This document shows positions 24,989-39,900 of a stretch of 58,755 nt of DNA, piece by piece. The notes under the pieces are model-generated. The model was not told the origin of the DNA and did no database searches. It saw only the letters and a list, made by a program, of their open reading frames with translations. The stretch covers positions 1-58,755 of the forward strand of contig JAUCBJ010009003.1 in the NCBI GenBank assembly GCA_032718475.1, given 5' to 3'. Position 1 is the first letter of the stretch, and every line of letters begins with the position of its first letter. The position numbers were made by a program, and so were the translations under genes. Source of the stretch: Nemertoderma westbladi (taxonomy: Eukaryota; Animalia; Xenacoelomorpha).

Positions 24989-27900
24989 GTAAGTACCTCG
25001 AACTTAATGCCTATACTCGGAATAAGTAAGTACCTCGAACTATATTCCTTTACTCGGAATAAGTAAGTACCTCGAACTACATGCCTATACTCGGAATAAG
25101 TAAGTACCTCGAACTAGATGCCTATACTCGGAATAAGTAAGTACCTCGAACTACATGCCTATACTCGGAATAAGTAAGTATACCTCGAACTACATGCCTA
25201 TACTCGGAATAAGTAAGAACCTCGAACTACATGCCTATACTCGGAATAAGTAAGTACCTCGAACTATATTCCTTTACTCGGAATAAGTAAGTACCTCGAA
25301 CTACATGCCTATACTCGGAATAAGTAAGTACCTCGAACTACATGCACGTACTCGGAATAAGTAAGTACCTCGAACTACATGCCTATACTCGGAATAAGTA
25401 AGTACCTCGAACTACATGCCTATACTCGGAATAAGTAAGTACCTCGAACTATATTCCTTTACTCTGAATAAGTAAGTACCTCGAACTACATGCCCATACT
25501 CGGAATAAGTAAGTACCTCGAACTACATGCCTATACTCGGAATAAGTAAGTACCTCGAACTACATGCCTATACTCGGAATAAGTAAGTATACCTCGAACT
25601 ACATGCCTATACTCGGAATAAGTAAGAACCTCGAACTACATGCCTATACTCGGAATAAGTAAGTACCTCGAACTACATGCCTATACTCGGAATAAGTAAG
25701 TACCTCGAACTAGATGCCTATACTCGGAATAAGTAAGTACCTCGAACTACATGCCTATACTCGGAATAAGTAAGTATACCTCGAACTACATGCCTATACT
25801 CGGAATAAGTAAGAACCTCGAACTACATGCCTATACTCGGAATAAGTAAGTACCTCGAACTTAAGTAAGTACCTCGAACTACATGCCTATACTCGGAATA
25901 AGTAAGTATACCTCGAACTACATGCCTATACTCGGAATAAGTAAGAACCTCGAACTACATGCCTATACTCGGAATAAGTAAGAACCTCGAACTACATGCC
26001 TATACTCGGAATAAGTAAGTACCTCGAACTATATTCCTTTACTCGGAATAAGTAAGTACCTCGAACTACATGCCTATACTCGGAATAAGTAAGAACCTCG
26101 AACTACATGCCTATACTCGGAATAAGTAAGAACCTCGAACTACATGCCTATACTCGGAATAAGTAAGTACCTCGAACTATATTCCTTTACTCGGAATAAG
26201 TAAGTACCTCGAACTACATGCCTATACTCGGAATAAGTAAGTACCTCGAACTACATTCCTATACTCGGAATAAGTAAGTACCTCGAACTACAGCCTTTAC
26301 TCTGAATAAGTAAGTACGTCGAACTACATTCCTTTACTCTGAATAAGTAAGTACCTCGAACTACATTCCTATACTCGGAATAAGTAAGTACCTCGAACTA
26401 CATTCCTTTACTCGGAATAAGTAAGTACCTCGAACTATATTCCTTTACTCGGAATAAGTAAGTACCTCGAACTACATTCCTTTACTCGGAATAAGTAAGT
26501 ACCTCGAACTATATTCCTTTATTCTGAATAAGTAAGTACGTCGAACTACATTCCTTTACTCTGAATAAGTAAGTACCTCGAACTACATGCCTATACTCGG
26601 AATAAGTAAGTACCTCGAACTACATGCCCATACTCGGAATAAGTAAGTACCTCGAACTACATGCCTATACTCGGAATAAGTAAGTACCTCGAACTACATG
26701 CCCATACTCGGAATAAGTAAGTACCTCGAACTACATGCCTATACTCGGAATAAGTAAGTACCTCGAACTACATGCTTATACTCGGAATAAGTAAGTACCT
26801 CGAACTACATTCCTATACTCGGAATAAGTAAGTACCTCGAACTATATTCCTTTACTCTGAATAAGTAAGTACGTCGAACTACATTCCTTTACTCTGAATA
26901 AGTAAGTACCTCGAACTACATGCCTATACTCGGAATAAGTAAGTACCTCGAACTACATGCCTATACTCGGAATAAGTAAGTACCTCGAACTACAGCCTTT
27001 ACTCGGAATAAGTAAGTACCTCGAACTACATTCCTTTACTCGGAATAAGTACGTACCTCGAACTGTATTCCTATACTCGGAATAAGTAAGTACCTCGAAC
27101 TACATGCCTATACTCGGAATAAGTAAGTACCTCGAACTATATTCCTTTACTCTGAATAAGTAAGTACGTCGAACTACATTCCTTTACTCTGAATAAGTAA
27201 GTACGTCGAACTACATTCCTTTACTCTGAATAAGTAAGTACGTCGAACTACATTCCTTTACTCTGAATAAGTAAGTACCTCGAACTACAGCCTTTACTCG
27301 GAATAAGTAAGTACCTCGAACTACATTCCTTTACTCGGAATAAGTACGTACCTCGAACTGTATTCCTATACTCGGAATAAGTAAGTACCTCGAACTACAT
27401 GCCTATACTCGGAATAAGTAAGTACCTCGAACTATATTCCTTTACTCTGAATAAGTAAGTACGTCGAACTATATTCCTTTACTCTGAATAAGTAAGTACC
27501 TCGAACTACATGCCTATACTCGGAATAAGTAAGTACCTCGAACTACAGCCTTTACTCGGAATAAGTAAGTACCTCGAACTACATGCCTATACTCGGAATA
27601 AGTAAGTACCTCGAACTACAGCCTTTACTCGGAATAAGTAAGTACCTCGAACTACATTCCTTTACTCGGAATAAGTACGTACCTCGAACTGTATTCCTAT
27701 ACTCGGAATAAGTAAGTACCTCGAACTACATGCCTATACTCGGAATAAGTAAGTACCTCGAACTATATTCCTTTACTCTGAATAAGTAAGTACGTCGAAC
27801 TATATTCCTTTACTCTGAATAAGTAAGTACGTCGAACTATATTCCTTTACTCTGAATAAGTAAGTACCTCGAACTACAGCCTTTACTCGGAATAGTAAGT

Positions 27901-30900
27901 ACCTCGAACTACATGCCTATACTCGGAATAAGTAAGTACCTCGAACTACAGCCTTTACTCGGAATAAGTAAGTACCTCGAACTACATTCCTTTACTCGGA
28001 ATAAGTACGTACCTCGAACTGTATTCCTATACTCGGAATAAGTAAGTACCTCGAACTACATGCCTATACTCGGAATAAGTAAGTACCTCGAACTATATTC
28101 CTTTACTCTGAATAAGTAAGTACGTCGAACTACATTCCTTTACTCTGAATAAGTAAGTACGTCGAACTACATTCCTTTACTCTGAATAAGTAAGTACGTC
28201 GAACTACATTCCTATACTCGGAATAAGTAAGTACCTCGAACTACATGCCTATACTCGGAATAAGTAAGTACCTCGAACTACAGCCTTTACTCGGAATAAG
28301 TAAGTACCTCGAACTACATGCCTATACTCGGAATAAGTAAGTACCTCGAACTACAGCCTTTACTCGGAATAAGTAAGTACCTCGAACTACATTCCTTTAC
28401 TCGGAATAAGTACGTACCTCGAACTGTATTCCTATACTCGGAATAAGTAAGTACCTCGAACTACATGCCTATACTCGGAATAAGTAAGTACCTCGAACTA
28501 CAGCCTTTACTCGGAATAAGTAAGTACCTCGAACTACATGCCTATACTCGGAATAAGTAAGTACCTCGAACTACAGCCTTTACTCGGAATAAGTAAGTAC
28601 CTCGAACTACATTCCTTTACTCGGAATAAGTACGTACCTCGAACTGTATTCCTATACTCGGAATAAGTAAGTACCTCGAACTACATGCCTATACTCGGAA
28701 TAAGTAAGTACCTCGAACTATATTCCTTTACTCTGAATAAGTAAGTACGTCGAACTACATTCCTTTACTCTGAATAAGTAAGTACGTCGAACTACATTCC
28801 TTTACTCGGAATAAGTACGTACCTCGAACTGTATTCCTATACTCGGAATAAGTAAGTACCTCGAACTACATGCCTATACTCGGAATAAGTAAGTACCTCG
28901 AACTATATTCCTTTACTCTGAATAAGTAAGTACGTCGAACTACATGCCTATACTCGGAATAAGTAAGTACCTCTAACTACAGCCTTTACTCGGAATAAGT
29001 AAGTACCTCGAACTACATGCCTATACTCGGAATAAGTAAGTACCTCGAACTACAGCCTTTACTCGGAATAAGTAAGTACCTCGAACTACATGCCTATACT
29101 CGGAATAAGTAAGTACCTCGAATTACAGCCTTTACTCGGAATAAGTAAGTACCTCGAACTACATTCCTTTACTCGGAATAAGTACGTACCTCGAACTGTA
29201 TTCCTATACTCGGAATAAGTAAGTACCTCGAACTACATGCCTATACTCGGAATAAGTAAGTACCTCGAACTATATTCCTTTACTCTGAATAAGTAAGTAC
29301 GTCGAACTACATTCCTTTACTCTGAATAAGTAAGTACGTCGAACTACATTCCTTTACTCTGAATAAGTAAGTACGTCGAACTACATTCCTTTACTCTGAA
29401 TAAGTAAGTACCTCGAACTACAGCCTTTACTCGGAATAAGTAAGTACCTCGAACTACATTCCTTTACTCGGAATAAGTACGTACCTCGAACTGTATTCCT
29501 ATACTCGGAATAAGTAAGTACCTCGAACTACATGCCTATACTCGGAATAAGTAAGTACGTCGAACTACATTCCTTTACTCTGAATAAGTAAGTACCTCGA
29601 ACTACATGCCTATACTCGGAATAAGTAAGTACCTCGAACTACAGCCTTTACTCGGAATAAGTAAGTACCTCGAACTACATTCCTTTACTCGGAATAAGTA
29701 AGTACCTCGAACTACATTCCTTTACTCGGAATAAGTAAGTACCTCGAACTACATTCCTATACTCGGAATAAGTAAGTACCTCGAACTACATGCCTTTACT
29801 CGGAATAAGTACGTACCTCGAACTGTATTCCTATACTCGGAATAAGTAAGTACCTCGAACTACATGCCTATACTCGGAATAAGTAAGTACCTCGAACTAC
29901 AGCCTTTACTCGGAATAAGTAAGTACCTCGAACTACATTCCTTTACTCGGAATAAGTAAGTACCTCGAACTACATTCCTTTACTCGGAATAAGTACGTAC
30001 CTCGAACTGTATTCCTATACTCGGAATAAGTAAGTACCTCGAACTACATGCCTATACTCGGAATAAGTAAGTACCTCGAACTACATTCCTTTACTCGGAA
30101 TAAGTAAGTACCTCGAACTACATTCCTTTACTCGGAATAGGTAAGTACCTCGAACTACATTCCTATACTCGGAATAAGTAAGTACCTCGAACTACATGCC
30201 TTTACTCGGAATAAGTACGTACCTCGAACTGTATTCCTATACTCGGAATAAGTAAGTACCTCGAACTACATGCCTATACTCGGAATAAGTAAGTACCTCG
30301 AACTACAGCCTTTACTCGGAATAAGTAAGTACCTCGAACTACATTCCTTTACTCGGAATAAGTAAGTACCTCGAACTACATTCCTTTACTCGGAATAAGT
30401 ACGTACCTCGAACTGTATTCCTATACTCGGAATAAGTAAGTACCTCGAACTACATGCCTTTACTCGGAATAAGTAAGTACCTCGAACTACATTCCTTTAC
30501 TCGGAATAAGTAAGTACCTCGAACTACATTCCTTTACTCTGAATAAGTACGTACCTCGAACTGTATTCCTATACTCGGAATAAGTAAGTACCTCGAACTA
30601 CATGCCTATACTCGGAATAAGTAAGTACCTCGAACTATATTCCTTTACTCTGAATAAGTAAGTACGTCGAACTACATTCCTTTACTCTGAATAAGTAAGT
30701 ACCTCGAACTACATGCCCATACTCGGAATAAGTAAGTACCTCGAACTACATGCCTATACTCGGAATAAGTAAGTACCTCGAACTACATGCTTATACTCGG
30801 AATAAGTAAGTACCTCGAACTACATTCCTATACTCGGAATAAGTAAGTACCTCGAACTATATTCCTTTACTCTGAATAAGTAAGTACGTCGAACTACATT

Positions 30901-33900
30901 CCTTTACTCTGAATAAGTAAGTACCTCGAACTACATGCCTATACTCGGAATAAGTAAGTACCTCGAACTACATGCCTATACTCGGAATAAGTAAGTACCT
31001 CGAACTACAGCCTTTACTCGGAATAAGTAAGTACCTCGAACTACATTCCTTTACTCGGAATAAGTAAGTACCTCGAATTACATTCCTTTACTCTGAATAA
31101 GTAAGTACCTCGAACTACATGCCTATACTCGGAATAAGTAAGTACCTCGAACTGTATTCCTATACTCGGAATAAGTAAGTACCTCGAACTACATGCCTAT
31201 ACTCGGAATAAGTAAGTACCTCGAACTACAGCCTTTACTCGGAATAAGTAAGTACCTCGAACTACATGCCTATACTCGGAATAAGTAAGTACCTCGAACT
31301 ATATTCCTTTACTCTGAATAAGTAAGTACCTCGAACTACATTCCTTTACTCTGAATAAGTAAGTACCTCGAACTACATTCCTTTACTCGGAATAAGTAAG
31401 TACCTCGAACTACATTCCTTTACTCTGAATAAGTAAGTACCTCGAACTACATGCCTATACTCGGAATAAGTAAGTACCTCGAACTACATGCCTATACTCG
31501 GAATAAGTAAGTACCTCGAACTACAGCCTTTACTCGGAATAAGTAAGTACCTCGAACTACATGCCTATACTCGGAATAAGTAAGTACCTCTATCTACATT
31601 CCTTTACTCGGAATAAGTAAGTACCTCGAACTATATTCCTATACTCGGAATAAGTAAGAACCTCGAACTACATGCCTATACTCGGAATAAGTAAGTACCT
31701 CGAACTACATTCCTTTACTCGGAATAAGTAAGTACCTCGAACTACATTCCTTTACTCTGAATAAGTAAGTACCTCGAACTACATGCCTATACTCGGAATA
31801 AGTACGTACCTCGAACTGTATTCCTATACTCGGAATAAGTAAGTACCTCGAACTACATGCCTATACTCGGAATAAGTAAGTACCTCGAACTACAGCCTTT
31901 ACTCGGAATAAGTAAGTACCTCGAACTACATTCCTTTACTCGGAATAAGTAAGTACCTCGAACTACATTCCTTTACTCTGAATAAGTAAGTATCTCGAAC
32001 TACATGCCTATACTCGGAATAAGTAAGTACCTCGAACTACAGCCTTTACTCGGAATAAGTAAGTACCTCGAACTACATGCCTATACTCGGAATAAGTAAG
32101 TACCTCTATCTACATTCCTTTACTCGGAATAGGTATGTACATCGAACTATATTCCTTTACTCTGAATAAGTAAGTACGTCGAACTACATTCCTTTACTCT
32201 GAATAAGTAAGTACCTCGAACTACATGCCTATACTCGGAATAAGTAAGTACGTCGAACTATACAGCCTTTACTCGGAATGAGTAAGTACCTCGAACTACA
32301 TGCCTATACTCGGAATAAGTAAGTACCTCGAACTACATGCCTATACTCGGAATAAGTAAGTACCTCGAACTACATGCCTATACTCGGAATAAGTACGTAC
32401 CTCGAACTGTATTCCTATACTCGGAATAAGTAAGTACCTCAAACTACATGCCTATACTCGGAATAAGTAAGTACCTCGAACTACATGCCTATACTCGGAA
32501 TAAGTAAGTACCTCGAACTACATGCCTATACTCGGAATAAGTACGTACCTCGAACTGTATTCCTATACTCGGAATAAGTAAGTACCTCAAACTACATGCC
32601 TATACTCGGAATAAGTAAGTACCTCGAACTACATGCCCATACTCGGAATAAGTAAGTACCTCGAACTACATGCCCATACTCGGAATAAGTAAGTACCTCG
32701 AACTACATGCCTATACTCGGAATAAGTAAGTATACCTCGAACTACATGCCTATACTCGGAATAAGTAAGAACCTCGAACTACATGCCTATACTCGGAATA
32801 AGTAAGTACCTCGAACTACAGCCTATACTCGGAATAAGTAAGTACGTCGAACTACATTCCTATACTCGGAATAAATAAGTACCTCGAACTAGATGCCTAT
32901 ACTCGGAATAAGTACGTACCTCGAACTACATTCCTATACTCGGAATAAGTAAGTACCTCGAACTACATTCCTATACTCGGAATAAGTAAGTACGTCGAAC
33001 TACGTTCCTATACTCGGAATAAGTAAGTACGTCGAACTACGTTCCTATACTCTGAATAAGTAAGTACCTCGAACTATACAGCCTTTACTCGGAATGAGTA
33101 AGTATCTCGAACTACATTCCTTTACTCGGAATAAGTAAGTGCCTTGAACTACATGCCTATACTCGGAATAAGTAAGTACCTCGAACTACATGCCTATACT
33201 CGGAATAAGTAAGTACCTCGAACTATACAGCCTTTACTCGGAATGAGTAAGTATCTCGAACTACATTCCTTTACTCGGAATAAGTAAGTACCTTGAACTA
33301 CATGCCTATACTCGGAATAAGTAAGTACCTCGAACTACATGCCTATACTCGGAATAAGTAAGTACCTCGAACTAGATGCCTATACTCGGAATAAGTACGT
33401 ACCTCGAACTACATTCCTATACTCGGAATAAGTAAGTACCTCGAACTACATTCCTATACTCGGAATAAGTAAGTACGTCGAACTACAGCCTATACCCGGA
33501 ATAAGTAAGTACCTCGAACTACATTCCTTTACTCGGAATAAGTAAGTACCTCGAACTACATGCCTATACTCGGAATAAGTAAGTACCTCGAACTACATGC
33601 CTATACCCGGAATAAGTAAGTACCTCGAACTACATTCCTTTACTCGGAATAAGTAAGTACCTCGAACTACATGCCTATACTCGGAATAAGTAAGTACCTC
33701 GAACTACATTCCTATACTCGGAATAAGTAAGTACCTCGAACTATACAGCCTTTACTCGGAATGAGTAAGTACCTCGAACTATATTCCTTTATTCTGAATA
33801 AGTAAGTACGTCGAACTACATGCCTATACCCGGAATAAGTAAGTACCTCGAACTACATTCCTTTACTCGGAATAAGTAAGTACCTCGAACTACATGCCTA

Positions 33901-36900
33901 TACTCGGAATAAGTAAGTACCTCGAACTACATGCCTATACCCGGAATAAGTAAGTACCTCGAACTACATTCCTTTACTCGGAATAAGTAAGTACCTCGAA
34001 CTACATGCCTATACTCGGAATAAGTAAGTACCTCGAACTACATTCCTATACTCGGAATAAGTAAGTACCTCGAACTATACAGCCTTTACTCGGAATGAGT
34101 AAGTACCTCGAACTATATTCCTTTACTCTGAATAAGTAAGTACGTCGAACTACAGCCTTTACTCGGAATAAGTAAGTACCTCTAACTACATTCCTATACT
34201 CGGAATAATTACGTACGTCGAACTGTATTCCTTTACTCGGAATAAGTACGTACCTCGAACTGTATTCCTATACTCGGAATAAGTAAGTACCTCGAACTAC
34301 ATGCCTATACTCGGAATAAGTAAGTACCTCGAACTATATTCCTTTACTCTGAATAAGTAAGTACCTCGAACTACATGCCTATACTCGGAATAAGTAAGTA
34401 CCTCTAACTAAATTCCTATACTCGGAATAAGTACGTACCTCGAACTGTATTCCTATACTCGGAATAAGTAAGTACCTCGAACTACATGCCTATACTCGGA
34501 ATAAGTAAGTACCTCGAACTATATTCCTTTACTCTGAATAAGTAAGTACCTCGAACTACATGCCTATACTCGGAATAAGTAAGTACCTCTAACTAAATTC
34601 CTATACTCGGAATAAGTACGTACCTCGAACTGTATTCCTATACTCGGAATAAGTAAGTACCTCGAACTACATTCCTATACTCGGAATAAGTAAGTACGTC
34701 GAACTACGTTCCTATACTCGGAATAAGTAAGTACGTCGAACTACGTTCCTATACTCTGAATAAGTAAGTACCTCGAACTATACAGCCTTTACTCGGAATG
34801 AGTAAGTATCTCGAACTACATTCCTTTACTCGGAATAAGTAAGTGCCTTGAACTACATGCCTATACTCGGAATAAGTAAGTACCTCGAACTACATGCCTA
34901 TACTCGGAATAAGTAAGTACCTCGAACTATACAGCCTTTACTCGGAATGAGTAAGTATCTCGAACTACATTCCTTTACTCGGAATAAGTAAGTACCTTGA
35001 ACTACATGCCTATACTCGGAATAAGTAAGTACCTCGAACTACATGCCTATACTCGGAATAAGTAAGTACCTCGAACTAGATGCCTATACTCGGAATAAGT
35101 ACGTACCTCGAACTACATTCCTATACTCGGAATAAGTAAGTACCTCGAACTACATTCCTATACTCGGAATAAGTAAGTACGTCGAACTACAGCCTATACC
35201 CGGAATAAGTAAGTACCTCGAACTACATTCCTTTACTCGGAATAAGTAAGTACCTCGAACTACATGCCTATACTCGGAATAAGTAAGTACCTCGAACTAC
35301 ATGCCTATACCCGGAATAAGTAAGTACCTCGAACTACATTCCTTTACTCGGAATAAGTAAGTACCTCGAACTACATGCCTATACTCGGAATAAGTAAGTA
35401 CCTCGAACTACATTCCTATACTCGGAATAAGTAAGTACCTCGAACTATACAGCCTTTACTCGGAATGAGTAAGTACCTCGAACTATATTCCTTTATTCTG
35501 AATAAGTAAGTACGTCGAACTACATGCCTATACCCGGAATAAGTAAGTACCTCGAACTACATTCCTTTACTCGGAATAAGTAAGTACCTCGAACTACATG
35601 CCTATACTCGGAATAAGTAAGTACCTCGAACTACATGCCTATACCCGGAATAAGTAAGTACCTCGAACTACATTCCTTTACTCGGAATAAGTAAGTACCT
35701 CGAACTACATGCCTATACTCGGAATAAGTAAGTACCTCGAACTACATTCCTATACTCGGAATAAGTAAGTACCTCGAACTATACAGCCTTTACTCGGAAT
35801 GAGTAAGTACCTCGAACTATATTCCTTTACTCTGAATAAGTAAGTACGTCGAACTACAGCCTTTACTCGGAATAAGTAAGTACCTCTAACTACATTCCTA
35901 TACTCGGAATAATTACGTACGTCGAACTGTATTCCTTTACTCGGAATAAGTACGTACCTCGAACTGTATTCCTATACTCGGAATAAGTAAGTACCTCGAA
36001 CTACATGCCTATACTCGGAATAAGTAAGTACCTCGAACTATATTCCTTTACTCTGAATAAGTAAGTACCTCGAACTACATGCCTATACTCGGAATAAGTA
36101 AGTACCTCTAACTAAATTCCTATACTCGGAATAAGTACGTACCTCGAACTGTATTCCTATACTCGGAATAAGTAAGTACGTCGATCTATATTCCTTTACT
36201 CTGAATAAGTAAGTACCTCGAACTACATGCCTATACTCGGAATAAGTAAGTACCTCTAACTACATTCCTATACTCGGAATAATTACGTACGTCGAACTGT
36301 ATTCCTTTACTCGGAATAAGTAAGTACCTCGAACTATATTCCTTTACTCTGAATAATTAAGTACCTCGAACTACATGCCTATACTCGGAATAAGTAAGTA
36401 CCTCTAACTACATTCCTATACTCGGAATAAGTACGTACCTCGAACTGTATTCCTATACTCGGAATAAGTAAGTACCTCAAACTGCATTCCTATACTCGGA
36501 ATAAGTAAGTACCTCTAACTACATGCCTATACTCGGAATAAGTAAGTACCTCGAACTATATTCCTTTACTCGGAATAAGTAAGTACCTCGAACTATATTC
36601 CTTTACTCTGAATAAGTAAGTACCTCGAACTACAGCCTTTACTCGGAATAAGTAAGTACCTCGAACTATATTCCTATACTCGGAATAAGTAAGTACCTCG
36701 AACAATATTCCTTTACTCGGAATAAGTAAGTACCTCGAACTACATGCCTATACTCGGAATAAGTAAGTACCTCTAACTACGTCCCTATACTCGGAATAAG
36801 TAAGTACCTCGAACTACATTCCTTTACTCGGAATAAGTAAGTACCTCGACCTACATGCCTATACTTGGAATAAGTAAGTACCTCGAATTACATTTCTTTA

Positions 36901-39900
36901 CTCGGAATAAGTAACTACCTCGTACTAGATGCCTATACTCGGAATAAGTAAGTACCTCGAACTACATGCCTATACTCGGAATAAGTAAGTACCTCGAACT
37001 ACAGCCTTTACTCGGAATAAGTAAGTACCTCGAACTACATTCCTTTACTCGGAATAAGTAAGTACCTCGAACTACATGCCTATACTCGGAATAAGTAAGT
37101 ACCTCGAACTACAGCCTTTACTCGGAATAAGTAAGTACCTCGAACTACATTCCTATACTCGGAATAAGTAAGTACCTCTAACTACGTCCCTATACTCGGA
37201 ATAAGTAAGTACCTCGAACTACATTCCTTTACTCGGAATAAGTAAGTACCTCGAACTACATGCCTATACTCGGAATAAGTAAGTACCTCGAATTACATTC
37301 CTTTACTCGGAATAAGTAACTACCTCGAACTAGATGCCTATACTCGGAATAAGTAAGTACCTCGAACTACATGCCTATACTCGGAATAAGTAAGTACCTC
37401 GAACTACAGCCTTTACTCGGAATAAGTAAGTACCTCGAACTACATTCCTATACTCGGAATAAGTAAGTACCTTGAACTACAGCATTCACTCGGAATAAGT
37501 AAGTACCTCGAACTACATTCCTATACTCGGAATAAGTAAGTACCTCGAACTACATGCCTATACTCGGAATAAGTAAGTACCTCGAACTACATGCCTATAC
37601 TCGAAATAAGTAAGTACCTCGAACTACAGCCTTTACTCGGAATAAGTAAGTACCTCGAACTACATTCCTATACTCGGAATAAGTAAGTACCTCGAACTAC
37701 AGCCTTTACTCGGAATAAGTAAGTACCTCGAACTACATTCCTATACTCGGAATAAGTAAGTACCTCGAACTACATTCCTTTACTCGGAATAAGTAAGTAC
37801 CTCGAACTACATGCCTATACTCGGAATAAGTAAGTACCTCGAACTACATTCCTATACTCGGAATAAGTAAGTACGTCGAACTACATGCCTATACTCGGAA
37901 TAAGTAAGTACGTCGAACTACATTCCTATACTCGGAATAAGTAAGTACCTCGAACTACATGCCTATACTCGGAATAAGTAAGTACCTCGAACTACATTCC
38001 TATACTCGGAATAAGTAAGTACGTCGAACTACATGCCTATACTCGGAAGAAGTAAGTACCTCGAACTACATGCCTATACTCGGAATAAGTAAGTACCTCG
38101 AACTACATTCCTATACTCGGAATAAGTAAGTACGTCGAACTACATGCCTATACTCGGAATAAGTAAGTACGTCGAACTACATGCCTATACTCGGAATAAG
38201 TAAGTACCTCGAACTACATTCCTATACTCGGAATAAGTAAGTACCTCGAACTACAGCCTTTACTCGGAATAAGTAAGTACCTCGAACTACATTCCTATAC
38301 TCGGAATAAGTAAGTACCTCGAACTACATGCCTATACTCGGAATAAGTAAGTACCTCGAACTACAGCCTTTACTCGGAATAAGTAAGTACCTCGAACTAC
38401 ATGCCTATACTCGGAATAAGTAAGTACCTCGAACTACATGCCTATACTCGGAATAAGTAAGTACCTCGAACTACATGCCTATACTCGGAATAAGTAAGTA
38501 CCTCGAACTACATTCCTATACTCGGAATAAGTAAGTACGTCGAACTACATTCTTATACTCGGAATAAGTAAGTACCTCGAACTACATTCCTATACTCGGA
38601 ATAAGTAAGTACGTCGAACTACATTCCTATACTCGGAATAAGTAAGTACGTCGAACTACATGCCTATACTCGGAATAAGTAAGTACGTCGAACTATATTC
38701 CTATACTCGGAATAAGTAAGTACGTCGAACTACATTCCTATACTCGGAATAAGTAAGTACGTCGAACTACATTCCTATACTCGGAATAAGTAAGTACCTC
38801 GAACTACATTCCTATACTCGGAATAAGTAAGTACGTCGAACTACATGCCTATACTCGGAATAAGTAAGTACGTCGAACTACATTCCTATACTCGGAATAA
38901 GTAAGTACCTCGAACTACATTCCTATACTCGGAATAAGTAAGTACCTCGAACTATATTCCTATACTCGGAATAAGTAAGTACCTCGAACTACATGCCTAT
39001 ACTCGGAATAAGTAAGTACCTCGAATTACATTCCTTTACTCGGAATAAGTAACTACCTCGAACTAGATGCCTATACTCGGAATAAGTAAGTACCTCGAAC
39101 TACATGCCTATACTCGGAATAAGTAAGTACCTCGAACTACAGCCTTTACTCGGAATAAGTAAGTACCTCGAACTACATTCCTATACTCGGAATAAGTAAG
39201 TACCTTGAACTACAGCATTCACTCGGAATAAGTAAGTACCTCGAACTACATTCCTATACTCGGAATAAGTAAGTACCTCGAACTACATGCCTATACTCGG
39301 AATAAGTAAGTACCTCGAACTACATGCCTATACTCGAAATAAGTAAGTACCTCGAACTACAGCCTTTACTCGGAATAAGTAAGTACCTCGAACTACATTC
39401 CTATACTCGGAATAAGTAAGTACCTCGAACTACAGCCTTTACTCGGAATAAGTAAGTACCTCGAACTACATTCCTATACTCGGAATAAGTAAGTACCTCG
39501 AACTACATTCCTTTACTCGGAATAAGTAAGTACCTCGAACTACATGCCTATACTCGGAATAAGTAAGTACCTCGAACTACATTCCTATACTCGGAATAAG
39601 TAAGTACCTCGAACTACAGCCTTTACTCGGAATAAGTAAGTACCTCGAACTACATTCCTATACTCGGAATAAGTAAGTACCTCGAACTACATTCCTTTAC
39701 TCGGAATAAGTAAGTACCTCGAACTACATGCCTATACTCGGAATAAGTAAGTACCTCGAACTACATTCCTATACTCGGAATAAGTAAGTACCTCGAACTA
39801 CAGCCTTTACTCGGAATAAGTAAGTACCTCGAACTACATTCCTTTACTCGGAATAAGTAAGTACCTCGAACTACATGCCTATACTCGGAATAAGTAAGTA

